Shown here: positions 9,857 to 19,240 of the stretch, piece by piece
Position numbering within the stretch: position 1 is the stretch's first letter
Layout: the number at the start of each line of letters is the position of its first letter
Assembly (NCBI GenBank): GCA_016939415.1
Contig: JAFGGZ010000054.1
Coordinates: 1-48,306, forward strand
Source of the DNA: Candidatus Iainarchaeum sp.
GTDB taxonomy: Archaea > B1Sed10-29 > WALL01
Length of the DNA stretch: 48,306 bases
Direction of reading: 5' to 3'
Translations under genes and position numbers: made by a program
Notes under the pieces: model-generated
Databases searched by the model: none
Told to the model about the DNA's origin: nothing
Seen by the model: only the letters and a program-made list of their open reading frames with translations

Positions 9857-10574
9857 GCCTCGCCTTCATGACCTGCAGCGAATCGCGCAGGTTCTGCTTG
9901 TTGTCGAAGGAGCGCGTGATCTCCTCCAAGTCGTCCCTGTCCCTCAAATCCCCGACAAAACGGGTCATCAGAGGAACGCAGCGAACGATGTTGTCAACAA
10001 TCGTGATATCCGCCTTCCGGGCAGTGCGGCTCAGAGGATTCAAGTCGATCGTTACCACGAACTTCCCCGCCCTCTTCAAGGCCTCAGTCCTGTCCCCATC
10101 CTCCAGCGGAACGAGAATCACGTCAGCAACTGCCTGGCCGCGGGCATCCACTTTCCCGCGCTCCGAATCCACGCCAATGCGCGCGTCCTCATTGCACAGA
10201 AGGTTCTCACAGCCATGAGACCGCATCTGCGCCTCCATGAAGCGCATGCGCTCAGGCGTCCTATAAAACAAATTGACCTCTATGGGTGCGGGTATGGCTT
10301 TCCCGAGAGCCACGTACTCCTCCGGCACGAGGGCGGCTACATTCCCGTTCACAGAGAGCACAGGACGCTCTGCGAGCAGGAGCTGCGCAGCCGCTGCCCT
10401 GCAAGCAGCCTCCGCGACAGGAGTGGTTTCTTCTCCGAGCAAGTAATCAAACGCCTCGCCCCTCCCATGCGCTATGAGACCGACTGACGAAGTGAACCCG
10501 CTCTTAACCCCCGCAGCAACGCGCTCGCGCAACAGCAGTGACTGTCGCCTCGGATGGCTATCTGGGACGATCAT
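9831..10574 (-). CDS. 4-phosphopantoate--beta-alanine ligase (archaeal phosphopantothenate synthetase)
   Basis: HPR..SL..RE, GLIAHGRGEAFDYLLGE, VPLEDGDR and IDLNPLSRT motifs; start at MIVPDSHPR. Confidence 0.95.
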   Translation of the reverse strand: MIVPDSHPRRQSLLLRERVAAGVKSGFTSSVGLIAHGRGEAFDYLLGEETTPVAEAACRAAAAQLLLAERPVLSVNGNVAALVPEEYVALGKAIPAPIEVNLFYRTPERMRFMEAQMRSHGCENLLCNEDARIGVDSERGKVDARGQAVADVILVPLEDGDRTEALKRAGKFVVTIDLNPLSRTARKADITIVDNIVRCVPLMTRFVGDLRDRDDLEEITRSFDNKQNLRDSLQVMKARLDDTHSVD

Positions 10575-10581
10575 AGGATCA

Positions 10582-10980
10582 CTAAGCGTTCTCCAGCATC
10601 TTCTTCGCTGCCACAACAGCGCGCTCCGCATACTCTTCCAAACGCTCGCGCGCAACATCCAACGAAGCACTGGGGCCGATAACGCCCAAGGTCACGGGCT
10701 TCTCGAACTCCACGGCAAGATCCGCCGCCACGCGCGCAGCGTTCTCGGCGACAATAACGTCATGTGCAGTCAAGCCCTTCTTCACCACGCCCAACAGCAC
10801 CACTGCATCCACATCACTCTTGAGCAAGCGCTTTATGGACAACGGCATGTCGTACACGCCAGGCACCCACACGACCCTGTCCACTGCAAGACCCTCGCGC
10901 TCCGCTATCTTCAGCGCGGCATCAAGCATGCGCTGCGTCATCTCCTTGTTGAACTCCGCGACAATGATCCCGATCCCCAT
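10582..10980 (-). CDS. ribH: 6,7-dimethyl-8-ribityllumazine synthase
   Basis: IGIIVAEFN, VPGVYDMP, G.T.HD and KPVTLGVIGP motifs. Confidence 0.93.
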   Translation of the reverse strand: MGIGIIVAEFNKEMTQRMLDAALKIAEREGLAVDRVVWVPGVYDMPLSIKRLLKSDVDAVVLLGVVKKGLTAHDVIVAENAARVAADLAVEFEKPVTLGVIGPSASLDVARERLEEYAERAVVAAKKMLENA

Positions 10981-11445
10981 TCACTTACCTCCGTACCGCT
11001 GCACGTACTCGTGCGGCTTAAGCACATGAATGCCCTTGGACTCCAGGTAACTCCACAACCTGCCGGTGTAGATGTGGTGCCGGTCACAGGACACGACGCC
11101 GTCGCACCCGAACCGCTCGCAGGCAGCCACCAGCACGCCATCGCTTGGGTCGGCAACGAGCTTGCGCAGCTCCTCGTCCACCAAGTCCTCGTAAGCCTTC
11201 TCCTTCCCCCACTCGCCGGGGCGCACTCCCGTGCGCACGAGCGGCACATTCCCCGCATCCACGGCCTCTTCAAGCGTCCTGCGAAACTTGTGCGAGCCCT
11301 TGAGCTCCAGCTCGTCCAACGTGAAGTCTGTGAGACCCAGCTTGTGCTCCGGTGACAGCAGCGAGGCCAGGACTGCAGCGCAACCGCCATGACGCTCCTC
11401 AAAACCGTGCAAAAGCACGCATGTGTCAACCAAGTACATGCCCAA
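10981..11445 (-). CDS. PIN-domain protein
   Basis: YLVDTCVL, conserved Glu, DPSD..L and VVSCDRH acidic tetrad. Confidence 0.8.
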   Translation of the reverse strand: MGMYLVDTCVLLHGFEERHGGCAAVLASLLSPEHKLGLTDFTLDELELKGSHKFRRTLEEAVDAGNVPLVRTGVRPGEWGKEKAYEDLVDEELRKLVADPSDGVLVAACERFGCDGVVSCDRHHIYTGRLWSYLESKGIHVLKPHEYVQRYGGK

Positions 11446-11491
11446 ACTTGTATAGGAAAGTACTTATAAAGCACACTGCATAACTCCCTGC

Positions 11492-12085
11492 ATGAAACGC
11501 GTTATGTTGCTTCTGACACTCGTGCTGCTGGCAGGATGCGTCAACATGCCCGAACCTGCCGTACCGAGCACTGGAAAGGTTGTCCAGGAAGCACCGCGAC
11601 CGCAAGGAGTTGTTCAAGAAATGACCGGAGACACGGTAAAAGCAGGGGACACAGTGCGCGTGGACTACCTGGGAACGCTGAGGGACGGCACAGTGTTCGA
11701 CACCAGCATGGAATCAAAAGCACGGGAAGCGGGCCTGTTCAACCCACAGAGAGCATACGAACCCATTGAATTCGTCGTGGGCGCAGGACAGATGATCCAA
11801 GGATTCGACGAAGCAGTTGTGGGCATGAAGTCCGGAGAGAAGAAGACCGTGACGCTCCCGCCCGAGAAGGCGTACGGAGAGCGCAGTGAAGATCTCATGC
11901 AAGAAGTGCCCACAGAAGACCTGAAGCTGTCCGGCATCAAGCCGGAAGAAGGCACGCAGCTCATGACATCAGCCGGTCCCGCGAGAGTAACCAGCACGAA
12001 CGAAGACGTGACGGTCCTTGACTTCAACCACGAGCTCGCAGGCGAGACCCTCATCTTCGAAATAACGCTGGTGTCCAAGGAGTAA
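11492..12085 (+). CDS. FKBP-type (SlyD-like) peptidyl-prolyl isomerase with a lipoprotein signal peptide
   Basis: LLAGC lipobox; GDTVRVDY.G.L.DG.VFDTS, G.MI.GFDEA, PEKAYG and LDFNH.LAG.TL.F motifs. Confidence 0.92.
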   Translation: MKRVMLLLTLVLLAGCVNMPEPAVPSTGKVVQEAPRPQGVVQEMTGDTVKAGDTVRVDYLGTLRDGTVFDTSMESKAREAGLFNPQRAYEPIEFVVGAGQMIQGFDEAVVGMKSGEKKTVTLPPEKAYGERSEDLMQEVPTEDLKLSGIKPEEGTQLMTSAGPARVTSTNEDVTVLDFNHELAGETLIFEITLVSKE

Positions 12086-12117
12086 GCCTTTTATACCGAC
12101 GCAAAGTAGTGGTAGCC

Positions 12118-12816
12118 ATGCAGCTGACGCCGCTCTTCCTCACCTTCATCCTGACCACCATCCACCTGGTCGGCGAGCGATACTCGTACTACATAGAACG
12201 CATGCACCTGGACTTCCTGAGCTTCGGCGCAGGCGTTTTCATGACATTCCTGTTCATGGAGGCCCTGCCCCAACTGATTACGGGCATGAGCATCATAGGC
12301 TACAACGTGTTCCTCCTCGCGCTCATAGGATTCACGCTGTACCACATATCAGAAAAGTACCTGTACCAGCACATGAAAACAAAGGACGCGCTCATCAACG
12401 ACCTCGACAAGCTGCACGTACTTGGATTCATCATGAACCACTTCCTCATAGGGTTCTCGCTCGTCCTCATGTTCGAAGTGCCTCAAGGACCGCCATGGCT
12501 CGGCTACTTCGTGTTTCTCCCCTTCGTGCTCCACACCCTCGCATCATCCATATCCCTGAGGCACATACACGAGTACTACCGAAGCGGGAGAACAGAGAAA
12601 GTCCTCCTGGCCTGCTCGCCAGTCTTCGGCGCAGTTGCTGCGTCAGTGCTCAGGCTGCAGCACGCTCACTTCTACATCGCGCTGTGTATCGCGTTCGGAG
12701 CGCTGCTGTACATAGTGATCAGGGACATAATACCCAAGGAAGAGAAGGGAAACCCATTGTACTTCATGCTGGGAATGACCCTGTCCCTCGCGATAGTGGC
12801 GCTCACTCGGCTTTGA
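12118..12816 (+). CDS. ZIP-like (divergent) metal transporter
   Basis: About 8 TM helices; FLSFGAGV, His-bearing helices (LHVLGF..NHF, VLHT) and GALLYIVIRDIIP resemble ZIP. Confidence 0.6.
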   Translation: MQLTPLFLTFILTTIHLVGERYSYYIERMHLDFLSFGAGVFMTFLFMEALPQLITGMSIIGYNVFLLALIGFTLYHISEKYLYQHMKTKDALINDLDKLHVLGFIMNHFLIGFSLVLMFEVPQGPPWLGYFVFLPFVLHTLASSISLRHIHEYYRSGRTEKVLLACSPVFGAVAASVLRLQHAHFYIALCIAFGALLYIVIRDIIPKEEKGNPLYFMLGMTLSLAIVALTRL

Positions 12817-13741
12817 GCTCCTTCTTCTTGTTCTTCACGAACGTGCCGACATTGATGCCTGCGATAGTGCCCTCGCCGACAGCGACAGCGACCTGCAGCA
12901 CGCCCCCAGTCACGTCGCCGGCAGCGAACACGCCCGCACAGCACGTCTGCTGATCCTCACCGACCTTGACGAAGCCGTACTGGTCCAATTCAACGCCCGC
13001 ATCCTGCGCCAGCTTTGCAGTGGGGACGACGCCCACATAGATGAACACGCCGCTCACAGCGATCTCGGACAGCTCGTTCGTCTTCACGTTCTTCAGAACC
13101 ATTGACGACACAGAATCCTTGCCCCTCACCTCTTCGAGCACGCTGTCCCAGTGAATCGCCACGTTCTGTTTCGCAGCCAGCTCGCCGCCAAGCCGTTCCT
13201 CGCCGCGGAACTCGTCCCTGCGGTGCACGATGTGCACCCTGCTGCACACGTCAATCAGATACAAAGCAGCGCTCAGCGCGGAATTGCCTCCGCCAACAAC
13301 CGCCACTTCCTTCCCGCGGAAGAACAATGCATCGCACGTCGCGCAATAGGAAACGCCTTTGCCAGCGAACGCGTCCTCGCCCTTCGCACCCAGCTTCCTG
13401 TGCGCCGCCCCAGTGGCGATGACCACGCCGTAGCAGTGATACTCAGCGCTCTCGGTCCGGACGACGAACGAGCCATCATCCTTCTTCTGCAGCGCGTTGA
13501 CTGTCTCGTACTTCAACTCAGCGCCGAAGCGGTCGGCTTGCTTGGCCATGCGCTCACCGAGAGCCATGCCACCCACTTTCTCGACTCCCGGGTAGTTCTC
13601 TATCTCGTTGGTTGCGGCCATCTGGCCGCCGGCCACTCCCGACTCCAGGATCAGGGTATTTAGTGCGCGCCGAGCCGCGTAAATCGCTGCGGATAAGCCT
13701 GCCGGACCGGCTCCGATCACCACGACGTCGTATTCCTGCAT
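12803..13741 (-). CDS. trxB: Thioredoxin-disulfide reductase
   Basis: GAGPAG, GVSYCATCD, GGGNSA, HRR and FAAGD motifs. Confidence 0.96.
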   Translation of the reverse strand: MQEYDVVVIGAGPAGLSAAIYAARRALNTLILESGVAGGQMAATNEIENYPGVEKVGGMALGERMAKQADRFGAELKYETVNALQKKDDGSFVVRTESAEYHCYGVVIATGAAHRKLGAKGEDAFAGKGVSYCATCDALFFRGKEVAVVGGGNSALSAALYLIDVCSRVHIVHRRDEFRGEERLGGELAAKQNVAIHWDSVLEEVRGKDSVSSMVLKNVKTNELSEIAVSGVFIYVGVVPTAKLAQDAGVELDQYGFVKVGEDQQTCCAGVFAAGDVTGGVLQVAVAVGEGTIAGINVGTFVKNKKKELKAE

Positions 13742-13795
13742 TCGATCACCGATACACATATAAACGCACTCGGTATAAAAAACGTGGTGATGTCA

Positions 13796-14029
13796 ATGGC
13801 AAAAGTGATCGTTTATTCCACGCAAACATGCCCGTGGTGCCACCGCGCAAAGGATTACATGAAGAGCATCGGGCAGGAATTCACGGACTACAACGTCGGC
13901 GAGGACAGGGAAAAAGCCCAGGAAATGATCAAGAAGAGCGGGCAAATGGGCGTGCCGGTAATTGACATAGACGGCAAGATACTCATCGGCTTCGACAAAG
14001 AAGCCATCGACGAAGCGCTCAGTCACTGA
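13796..14029 (+). CDS. Glutaredoxin/NrdH-redoxin
   Basis: YST.TCPWC and SGQMGVPV motifs; divergent from trxB; GGTGA RBS. Confidence 0.93.
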   Translation: MAKVIVYSTQTCPWCHRAKDYMKSIGQEFTDYNVGEDREKAQEMIKKSGQMGVPVIDIDGKILIGFDKEAIDEALSH

Positions 14030-15296
14030 ACTCCTTGAAACCCGTGTTGAACGGGCATGCATTCTCTCCGCTCACCAGCCGGTGATCGTACCTGCACTTC
14101 TGGCACACATCACTGTACTTGCTTATGACGCTCGAGTCAGAAGCCACGCAGTCAACACGGTAATCCACGAACACAGACGGCTCAACAAACCACTCAGAGC
14201 CATCCACTGTGTTCGCCGCCAGCCACGAAGCCAGTTCCTTCGCGCCGACGCCATGCGTAACGCAATAGTTCGTCAGCACATGCGATCGAGAGAACGAGGA
14301 CAAGTAACCCGTCGATTGCACGCCTTCCAGCACGTGCCGCAAGCACTCCAAGCCGCACTCTGCCGGAACGGAAAAAAAGCCGGGCACTGGACCGCCGCTG
14401 GGAACGGAAACCCCTCCGTGCCAATAAAGACCGTTGCAGAACTCCCTGAACAGCAAACGCCTCACGAAAAACTCGACGCTGTTGATCGGAGCGAACCCGC
14501 GCTTGTACGCGGCTTCCACGGCACGAACCAGGTCAACCGGCCTGACAAGACCAGCATCCAGCACAGGGAACACGGCGGGCTCGAAAGCGAACGGGTTGCC
14601 GCGCACGAGGATGTTCTGACACACGCCGAACTTCGACAGTTTCTTGGTCATGAAATCCTGCACCCACAACCTCGCCTGCTGCACAGTAACCGGCCAGTTG
14701 AACCCAAAAGCGCCCACGTCTCTCACAACAGCCTGCGTCCCGTCATCGTAGTACATCACAGGCAACAACGGCACCTTCTCGCCGCGCTTCAACCCACGCC
14801 TCGCCAGCGTGTTGAACTCCCACCTGCCGCCGAGCGGCTGCCCGCGCTTGTTCGCAAGTAGGTTGTGGGCCTCGCGCATATCCCTGCAGAAGACATCGAA
14901 GGGGGCGTTTTTGTTCCGGTCACGCCAGGCAGCGAACTCCTGACGCGAGCAGAGGAACAGGTTGTCATCAGTGAATGATAGCTCAACGCCCGCCGCTGAC
15001 GCCGCCGCCTCCACGCGTGCCTGCGCAGGCCTCGTCGAAGGCTGCATGACCACGAGCCTGTCGATGCCGTGCTCGCTCACGTGCTCGGCAACGCACGCAC
15101 CGAAATCGCCGCGGCGGTAATCCGTTGCCATGCCCGCTGCTTGGCGCATGGCAGCCAGGCGAAGCGCTGCCCTGTGCGGGTGCACTCCCCGGAACAACTG
15201 CCTGTCCTCAACCATGAGCACATGGTCGTGCTTAACTCCAAGCGAGGAAACTGAAGGATTCAGCTGATCCTCCAGGACAATGACGGTAGTAGCCAT
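14019..15296 (-). CDS. FeS-BCP cryptochrome/(6-4) photolyase family protein (PhrB/CryB-like), degenerate
   Basis: N-terminal L.DQL, GG.W.F and WPVT motifs; C-terminal C..C.YD...ACPFN iron-sulfur cysteines. Confidence 0.85.
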   Translation of the reverse strand: MATTVIVLEDQLNPSVSSLGVKHDHVLMVEDRQLFRGVHPHRAALRLAAMRQAAGMATDYRRGDFGACVAEHVSEHGIDRLVVMQPSTRPAQARVEAAASAAGVELSFTDDNLFLCSRQEFAAWRDRNKNAPFDVFCRDMREAHNLLANKRGQPLGGRWEFNTLARRGLKRGEKVPLLPVMYYDDGTQAVVRDVGAFGFNWPVTVQQARLWVQDFMTKKLSKFGVCQNILVRGNPFAFEPAVFPVLDAGLVRPVDLVRAVEAAYKRGFAPINSVEFFVRRLLFREFCNGLYWHGGVSVPSGGPVPGFFSVPAECGLECLRHVLEGVQSTGYLSSFSRSHVLTNYCVTHGVGAKELASWLAANTVDGSEWFVEPSVFVDYRVDCVASDSSVISKYSDVCQKCRYDHRLVSGENACPFNTGFKEFSD

Positions 15297-15346
15297 AAGA
15301 CCACTTAGGCAGCGGCTTTATTAATAACCTTTGTGTAACCGCAACC

Positions 15347-16375
15347 ATGGCACTCCTTGACCTCATTAAGGGATTGGGTGGCACTTACGGCGTTTCCGGA
15401 GACGAGGACAGAGTCGCTAACATGATCAAGAGAGAGCTCAAGCCATACGCAGACGAACTCATCCAGGACTCATCCGGCAATGTCATCGCCCACAAGAATG
15501 GGAGCGGCCTGCGTATACTGCTGTCAGCACACATGGACGAGATAGGCCTCATGGTGAAGAGCATCAACGAAGACCACATGATACGGATCTCGCCGGTGGG
15601 CGGCATCGAGCCCGAAACGCTCCTCGCCCAGCAGGTCCACATCGACACTAGGAAGGGCATAGTGCACGGCGTGATCTCCTGCAAGGAACTCCATCGTGGC
15701 GAGGAGATCAGTGACTTCCCTAAAGTGAGCGAGATGTACGTCGACATCGGCGCGAAAAGCAAGGAAGACATAATCAAAGCAGGCGTCGCAGTAGGCGACT
15801 ACATCGTGCCGCGAAGATCGTTCGCCACTCTCGGGAACAAGCGCGTCATCTCAGGCAAAGCACTCGACAACAGGGTAGGCTGCGCCGTAGTGCTAGAAAC
15901 TGCAAAGAAGCTCAGGAACTCGAAAGCGGACGTGTACTACATGTTCACTGTGGAAGAAGAGATGGGCTTGTACGGCGCCAGGACGTCGGTCTCACGAGTC
16001 AGCCCGGACGTCGTCATAAACATGGACACCACGGTCGCGCTGGACACAGAGAAGAACGTGAAGGGCATCGGCGACGGCCCCGTCATAATACTGAAGGACA
16101 GCGAGTTCATCTCAGAGCGCAAGCTGAACGAAATAATAAAGTGCACTGCGAAGCGCATTCACGTGCCGCTTCAGTTCGAAGTGTCGGACGTCGGAACGAC
16201 CGACGCCCTCGCGATATACCTGAACCACGGCGGAGTGCCCACAACCGCGGTATCCGTGCCCGTGCGGAACATCCACTCAACGATCAGCATAGCGCACATG
16301 GACGACGTGGAGAATGCTGTGAAGCTGTTGAACGCAGCAGTCAGGGACTTGAGCAAGAAAAAGGTGATTAAATGA
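15347..16375 (+). CDS. M42 family metallo-aminopeptidase (TET-like)
   Basis: AHMDEIG, KALDNR.G, EEMGL.GA, GTTDA and R.IHS motifs. Confidence 0.93.
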   Translation: MALLDLIKGLGGTYGVSGDEDRVANMIKRELKPYADELIQDSSGNVIAHKNGSGLRILLSAHMDEIGLMVKSINEDHMIRISPVGGIEPETLLAQQVHIDTRKGIVHGVISCKELHRGEEISDFPKVSEMYVDIGAKSKEDIIKAGVAVGDYIVPRRSFATLGNKRVISGKALDNRVGCAVVLETAKKLRNSKADVYYMFTVEEEMGLYGARTSVSRVSPDVVINMDTTVALDTEKNVKGIGDGPVIILKDSEFISERKLNEIIKCTAKRIHVPLQFEVSDVGTTDALAIYLNHGGVPTTAVSVPVRNIHSTISIAHMDDVENAVKLLNAAVRDLSKKKVIK

Positions 16376-17613
16376 AGACGATAACCCCGTTCCAGGCAAT
16401 GCTTAAGCAGCTGGATACAGCCGCAGGAGAAGCAAGGCTGGATCCGGCGATCCACGCAGCGCTGAGGCAGCCGATGCGCACTCTCATCGCATCAATACCG
16501 ATAAAGACGTGCAGCGGCGAACTCCAGGTGTTCACGGCGTACAGGTGCCAGTACAACAACGCGTTGGGGCCGACAAAAGGCGGGATCCGCTACAATCCGA
16601 ACGTCGACTTGGACGAAGTGGAAGCGCTCGCGGGGTGGATGACATGGAAGTGCGCTGCACTCGGCCTGCCGTACGGCGGCGCGAAAGGCGGCGTGCAATG
16701 CGACCCGAAAGCGCTGGGAGCGAGAGAAGTAGAGAGCATAAGCCGCGGGTACGTGAGGGCGATGGCGGAGTGGATAGGGCCTGACGAGGACATTCCCGCT
16801 CCGGACATGAACACGAACGAGCAGACCATGGCGTGGATGATGGACGAGTACAGCAAGATCGAGGGCAAGCTCGTGCCGGGCGTGGTAACAGGGAAGCCGG
16901 TCAGCCTGCAGGGCAGTCACGGCAGGAAAAGCGCGACAGGGAGGGGCGGCATGTTCACGACGCTTAAGGCCTGCGCCGCTTTCAGGATGAAGCCGAGCGG
17001 TTCCACGGTTGCAGTGCAGGGCTTCGGAAACGTCGGGTCGTTCGCTGCGCAACTCTTGCACGACAAGCGGTGCAAGGTCGTAGCAGTCAGCGATTCCAGG
17101 GGCGGGGCGTACAACCCGAAGGGACTGGACCCGTACAAGGTCGCTGAGCACAAGGAAAAGACGGGGTCTGTGCTGGGTTTCAAGGGCGCGAAGGACATCA
17201 CGAACAAAGACCTTCTTGAGCTAAAGTGCGACGTGCTCGTGCCGGCAGCGCTCGAGAACCAGATAACGAGGGAGAACGCGGGCAACGTTCGCGCAAGGAT
17301 GGTTGTGGAACTCGCTAACGGCCCGACAACGCCTGACGCTGACAGGGTGCTGCACGAGAAAGGCATTCCCGTCGTGCCGGACATTCTCGCTAACGCAGGC
17401 GGTGTGACAGTCTCGTACTTCGAATGGCTGCAGAACCGCGTGGGTGAGTACTGGGGCGAAGACGAAGTGAATTGCAGGCTGAAGCAGAAGATGGAAAACG
17501 CTTTCGACGCAGTGCTGCGCGTATCGAAGCAGAGGGAGATACCCATGCGCACGGCAGCGTACTACATCGCGTTGAAGCGCATCGAAGAAGCAATGCTTAT
17601 GAGAGGCTCGTAG
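16372..17613 (+). CDS. gdhA: Glutamate dehydrogenase
   Basis: GPTKGGIR, GGAKGG, DIPAPD, QGFGNVG, ELANGP and ANAGGV motifs. Confidence 0.96.
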   Translation: MKTITPFQAMLKQLDTAAGEARLDPAIHAALRQPMRTLIASIPIKTCSGELQVFTAYRCQYNNALGPTKGGIRYNPNVDLDEVEALAGWMTWKCAALGLPYGGAKGGVQCDPKALGAREVESISRGYVRAMAEWIGPDEDIPAPDMNTNEQTMAWMMDEYSKIEGKLVPGVVTGKPVSLQGSHGRKSATGRGGMFTTLKACAAFRMKPSGSTVAVQGFGNVGSFAAQLLHDKRCKVVAVSDSRGGAYNPKGLDPYKVAEHKEKTGSVLGFKGAKDITNKDLLELKCDVLVPAALENQITRENAGNVRARMVVELANGPTTPDADRVLHEKGIPVVPDILANAGGVTVSYFEWLQNRVGEYWGEDEVNCRLKQKMENAFDAVLRVSKQREIPMRTAAYYIALKRIEEAMLMRGS

Positions 17614-17614
17614 G

Positions 17615-18214
17615 TCAGCGACTGCACAGAACGCCGTTCTGCCACATGCCGGATACGTGCGCTAGCACGGTCAGTCCGGCGTCCTCGCACTCTGTCTTTA
17701 GCTGGGAGAGTTGCATTGGCTCTTCGTAGCCGAAGAACCAGTTGCCGGACCGTCTCATGAGTTCAGAGGCGGCTTCGTACTGCGGTGATGGCTTTGGCGC
17801 GAAGATGATGACGTACTTCTTGGAGGCATCCCTGTGCTTTTTGATGAGTTCAGCCCGCTTGTCTTGTTGGAAGTGCTCTATCAGACCGTCTGAGAACACG
17901 AGGTCGTAGCGCTTGGGGAGCTCGACGGTGAACACGTCTCCGACTATGTACGTGAAGCCGTTGGCTTTCGGGTTCGCGGACGTGAACAGCTCCTTGGCTT
18001 CGTGGCTTATGTCGACGAGCGTTGATGAACCGCCAAAGCGCTTGTGCATCTTGGCGGAGAGCATGCCGGACCCGCCGCCGAACTCGAGGATGTCCGGGCT
18101 CATTAAGTCTGTGCGGGCGAGCAGCTTCTCGTAGCGGCGCCAGTGGCTTGCTTGCACGACTGAGTAGAACGGCGTCGCGCCGGACATTCTGTCCCAGTAC
18201 TCGTTCCATGTCAT
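17615..18214 (-). CDS. Class I SAM-dependent methyltransferase
   Basis: ILEFGGGSG motif I; YDLVFSDGLIEHF. Confidence 0.9.
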   Translation of the reverse strand: MTWNEYWDRMSGATPFYSVVQASHWRRYEKLLARTDLMSPDILEFGGGSGMLSAKMHKRFGGSSTLVDISHEAKELFTSANPKANGFTYIVGDVFTVELPKRYDLVFSDGLIEHFQQDKRAELIKKHRDASKKYVIIFAPKPSPQYEAASELMRRSGNWFFGYEEPMQLSQLKTECEDAGLTVLAHVSGMWQNGVLCSR

Positions 18215-18224
18215 TGTAGGTCAC

Positions 18225-18830
18225 TCAGCAGGGGTTCTCGGTTGATGTGAAGCAATCGTTCTTCCAGACCCGGTCCGTGGCTGAGAGCAGTTGGCCGTCT
18301 TCAACGATTGCAGTGCACACTTCGGTCTTGAAGTGGCCGTTTTCGGGCATTGATGCCACGCCGGTGTTCTTGACGCGTATTTGCCCTGTCCGGCGTTCGG
18401 AGCGTTCGATGGGGAATGATGAGGTGATGCCGTCACTGATGTCTGAGAGTTGACTTGACTGGGAGAACCATGGGGTCTGCGAAATTACGTCGCCTGCGGC
18501 GTTGTACACTGTGATGCGGGCGTGAGGAAAGATGGTTGCGGCATCGTACTCGTTTTCGATCGTGTATCCGACGTCGACGCTGTTTTCGAAGTCGCGTCTC
18601 GTGCATCCCACGCTCTGCGTGTAGAGCTGGTAAGTGGTTGTTGGCGGCGCGGGTTCTTGAGGAGCGGGCGCGGAGTCTTCGGGGATCGCGCTTTCTGCTG
18701 GTGGTTGTGTGGCGGGGGCGTCGGCAGCTTGCTGTTGGATCGGAGCGGGGGTTGCGGGTGGTGCTGGCTGTTCTTCCGGGGCTATGCAACCAAAGAGGAG
18801 GATGATAAGGATGAGGGGTATGAATTTCAA
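18225..18830 (-). CDS. Lipoprotein with a Pro/Ala/Gln-rich linker and beta-rich domain
   Basis: MKFIPLILIILLFGC lipobox followed by a low-complexity linker. Confidence 0.75.
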   Translation of the reverse strand: MKFIPLILIILLFGCIAPEEQPAPPATPAPIQQQAADAPATQPPAESAIPEDSAPAPQEPAPPTTTYQLYTQSVGCTRRDFENSVDVGYTIENEYDAATIFPHARITVYNAAGDVISQTPWFSQSSQLSDISDGITSSFPIERSERRTGQIRVKNTGVASMPENGHFKTEVCTAIVEDGQLLSATDRVWKNDCFTSTENPC

Positions 18831-18886
18831 GTAATCACCGTTGGATACAATGAAGGAAAGTTCTTATAATCTTTTGCTTATATGGC

Positions 18887-19165
18887 ATGTTCATGAAGCG
18901 TTACACTATCACCGTGCGTGGGAGGGTGCAGGGCGTGTTTTTCAGGGACTTCGCGCGTTCTTTGGCTCGTAGGATGAATGTGTTTGGTTATGTGAGGAAT
19001 GCGCGTGATGGCAGCGTGGAGATCGTGGCGGAGGCGGGGGAGGAGGTTTTGAGGGCGTTTGTCGGAGCGTTGAGGGGCGCTGAGTACCCGCGTAGGGTGG
19101 ATTCCGTGGATGTCAGTGAGTCCGAGGCCACGAACGAGTTCGGTGGGTTCAGCATAAGGTACTGA
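18887..19165 (+). CDS. acyP: Acylphosphatase
   Basis: GRVQGVFFR and GYVRN..DGSVE motifs. Confidence 0.94.
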   Translation: MFMKRYTITVRGRVQGVFFRDFARSLARRMNVFGYVRNARDGSVEIVAEAGEEVLRAFVGALRGAEYPRRVDSVDVSESEATNEFGGFSIRY

Positions 19166-19240
19166 TTGGCTGCATCGATCCACCCGTAAATCTGCCTTGT
19201 GCAACCCCTTTTCCCCGAGATTTTTGCTGAGCGCAGAATC

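Noticed and set aside
9132..11355. Long + strand ORFs (451 aa, 293 aa) and similar antisense ORFs across the window
   Set aside because: They are shadows of well-supported minus-strand genes in GC-rich DNA
18887..19165. Acylphosphatase and SlyD as parts of a hydrogenase maturation set with the HypC-like genes
   Set aside because: Both are unlinked stand-alone proteins; acyP lacks the other HypF domains and the FKBP lacks a His tail
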